This document shows positions 63,001 through 64,000 of a stretch of 64,000 bases of DNA, one piece after another. The DNA is from Cetorhinus maximus (lineage: Eukaryota), in the NCBI RefSeq assembly GCF_964194155.1, contig NC_135882.1:4340001-4404000 (forward strand), in the 5' to 3' direction. Both the position numbers and the translations under genes were made by a program. Position 1 is the stretch's first letter; each line of letters starts with the position of its first letter. The notes under the pieces are model-generated. The model saw nothing but the letters and a program-made list of their open reading frames with translations, was not told the origin of the DNA and did not search any database.

Positions 63001-64000
63001 ATGCTTATTAATAATTGGAATCGACAATATTCTTATTTTCTAGTTCCTTTCAAATGACAAAGAATTCATTCTTTTTTTAAAAAAAATCTTGAGCACAGTT
63101 TTCTTCCTAGTTTGGAATAACTGTATGCTAAGAAGGGCAGATATATTGAGTTACCTATTTATTTGTTGTTCATTACACTCCTGCACCAAGCTGGCTTTTG
63201 CTTAGGTTACTTAAAGTGGAAGAGTGCTGTAGGAGCAAGTGCCAGTGCAACATATTGCCTCCCAGCTACAGAGGAGGAAGGGCCAGTGGGGGGAGATAAG
63301 GACATGAGAAATAGGAGCAACAGTAGGCTATTTGGCCCCTCCAGCCTCCTCTGCCTTTTAATAAGATCATGGCTGAATTTCTACCTCTATTCCACTTTCC
63401 CGTCCATTGCCATATCCATCTTAGTGGCCAAAAATCTATCAATCTTAGCCCTGGGTAAACTCGTTGACTGAGCATCCACAGCTCTCTGGGGTAGAGAATT
63501 CCAATGATTGCTGTTGGGAGAGGCCAGCCATTGTCCACTTACTGTCATCCTGATAAGCACACAAGGGGCATGATTAGCATCCTCCTTGTTACTGGATACA
63601 GGTCTTGGAGCTGTCAGTGATGCAAGCAAGAGTTCAGCACTAGGCTCTGGGAAAGGGACCCAGGGTCTGATTGGTACTGAGCTAGTAGCTGATGGACCGG
63701 CCACCTGCATTAGTTGGATGGCTCTTTTCCATGTGGTGTTGCAATTGTTCTCTCCTCCAAGGCAACCTGCTGGACAAGAAAGATTTGTCTTAGCCAAGTG
63801 CTCCTCGTTCTGTTTTCCTGTACGGCCACCCACTTTGCACTTGTAAACCTGAGCTCACGCAAAACCCTGTTGCCTGTACCCTAACTCGCACTGAGTCCCG
63901 TCAATCCATCGCTCTTTATGCTCGCTCCTAGTCTGGCAACACCTTGATTTTAAAAATTCTCATTCTTGTCCTCTAATGCCTTCACCCCACCCTATCTCTG

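Overview
Vertebrate genomic DNA, most likely from a shark or other chondrichthyan, judging by its repeats (Deu-domain SINEs, CR1/L2/RTE LINE fragments, Penelope-like elements). The minus strand carries the complete coding sequence of SNRK (SNF-related kinase, AMPK family). There are five coding exons (25343-25931, 12350-12491, 10776-10988, 6389-6523, 1598-2786; 2268 nt, 755 aa), a CpG-island promoter with a non-coding first exon near 34.45-34.7 kb, and a 3' UTR that probably runs off the left edge. A second small CpG-rich promoter with a plus-strand splice donor lies near 50.3-50.45 kb and probably starts a divergent gene whose coding sequence is outside the window. The rest is intronic or intergenic DNA rich in nested transposon remnants; almost all other listed ORFs are spurious or LINE-derived. 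The most notable observations are: (1) a near-perfect ~105-bp inverted repeat enclosing the in-frame 135-nt UBA-region exon, a candidate for exon skipping or circularisation; (2) a 165-bp intronic copy of the SNRK start region in which both the main ATG and a uORF ATG are mutated; (3) four short locally templated duplications whose partners lie 1-1.8 kb apart; (4) Penelope-like remnants with decayed hammerhead ribozyme cores; (5) a C-terminal CCQVI CAAX-like motif; (6) a perfect RFX X-box next to a GC-box/G4 minisatellite in intron 1. Exon boundaries were read base by base; repeat boundaries are approximate.
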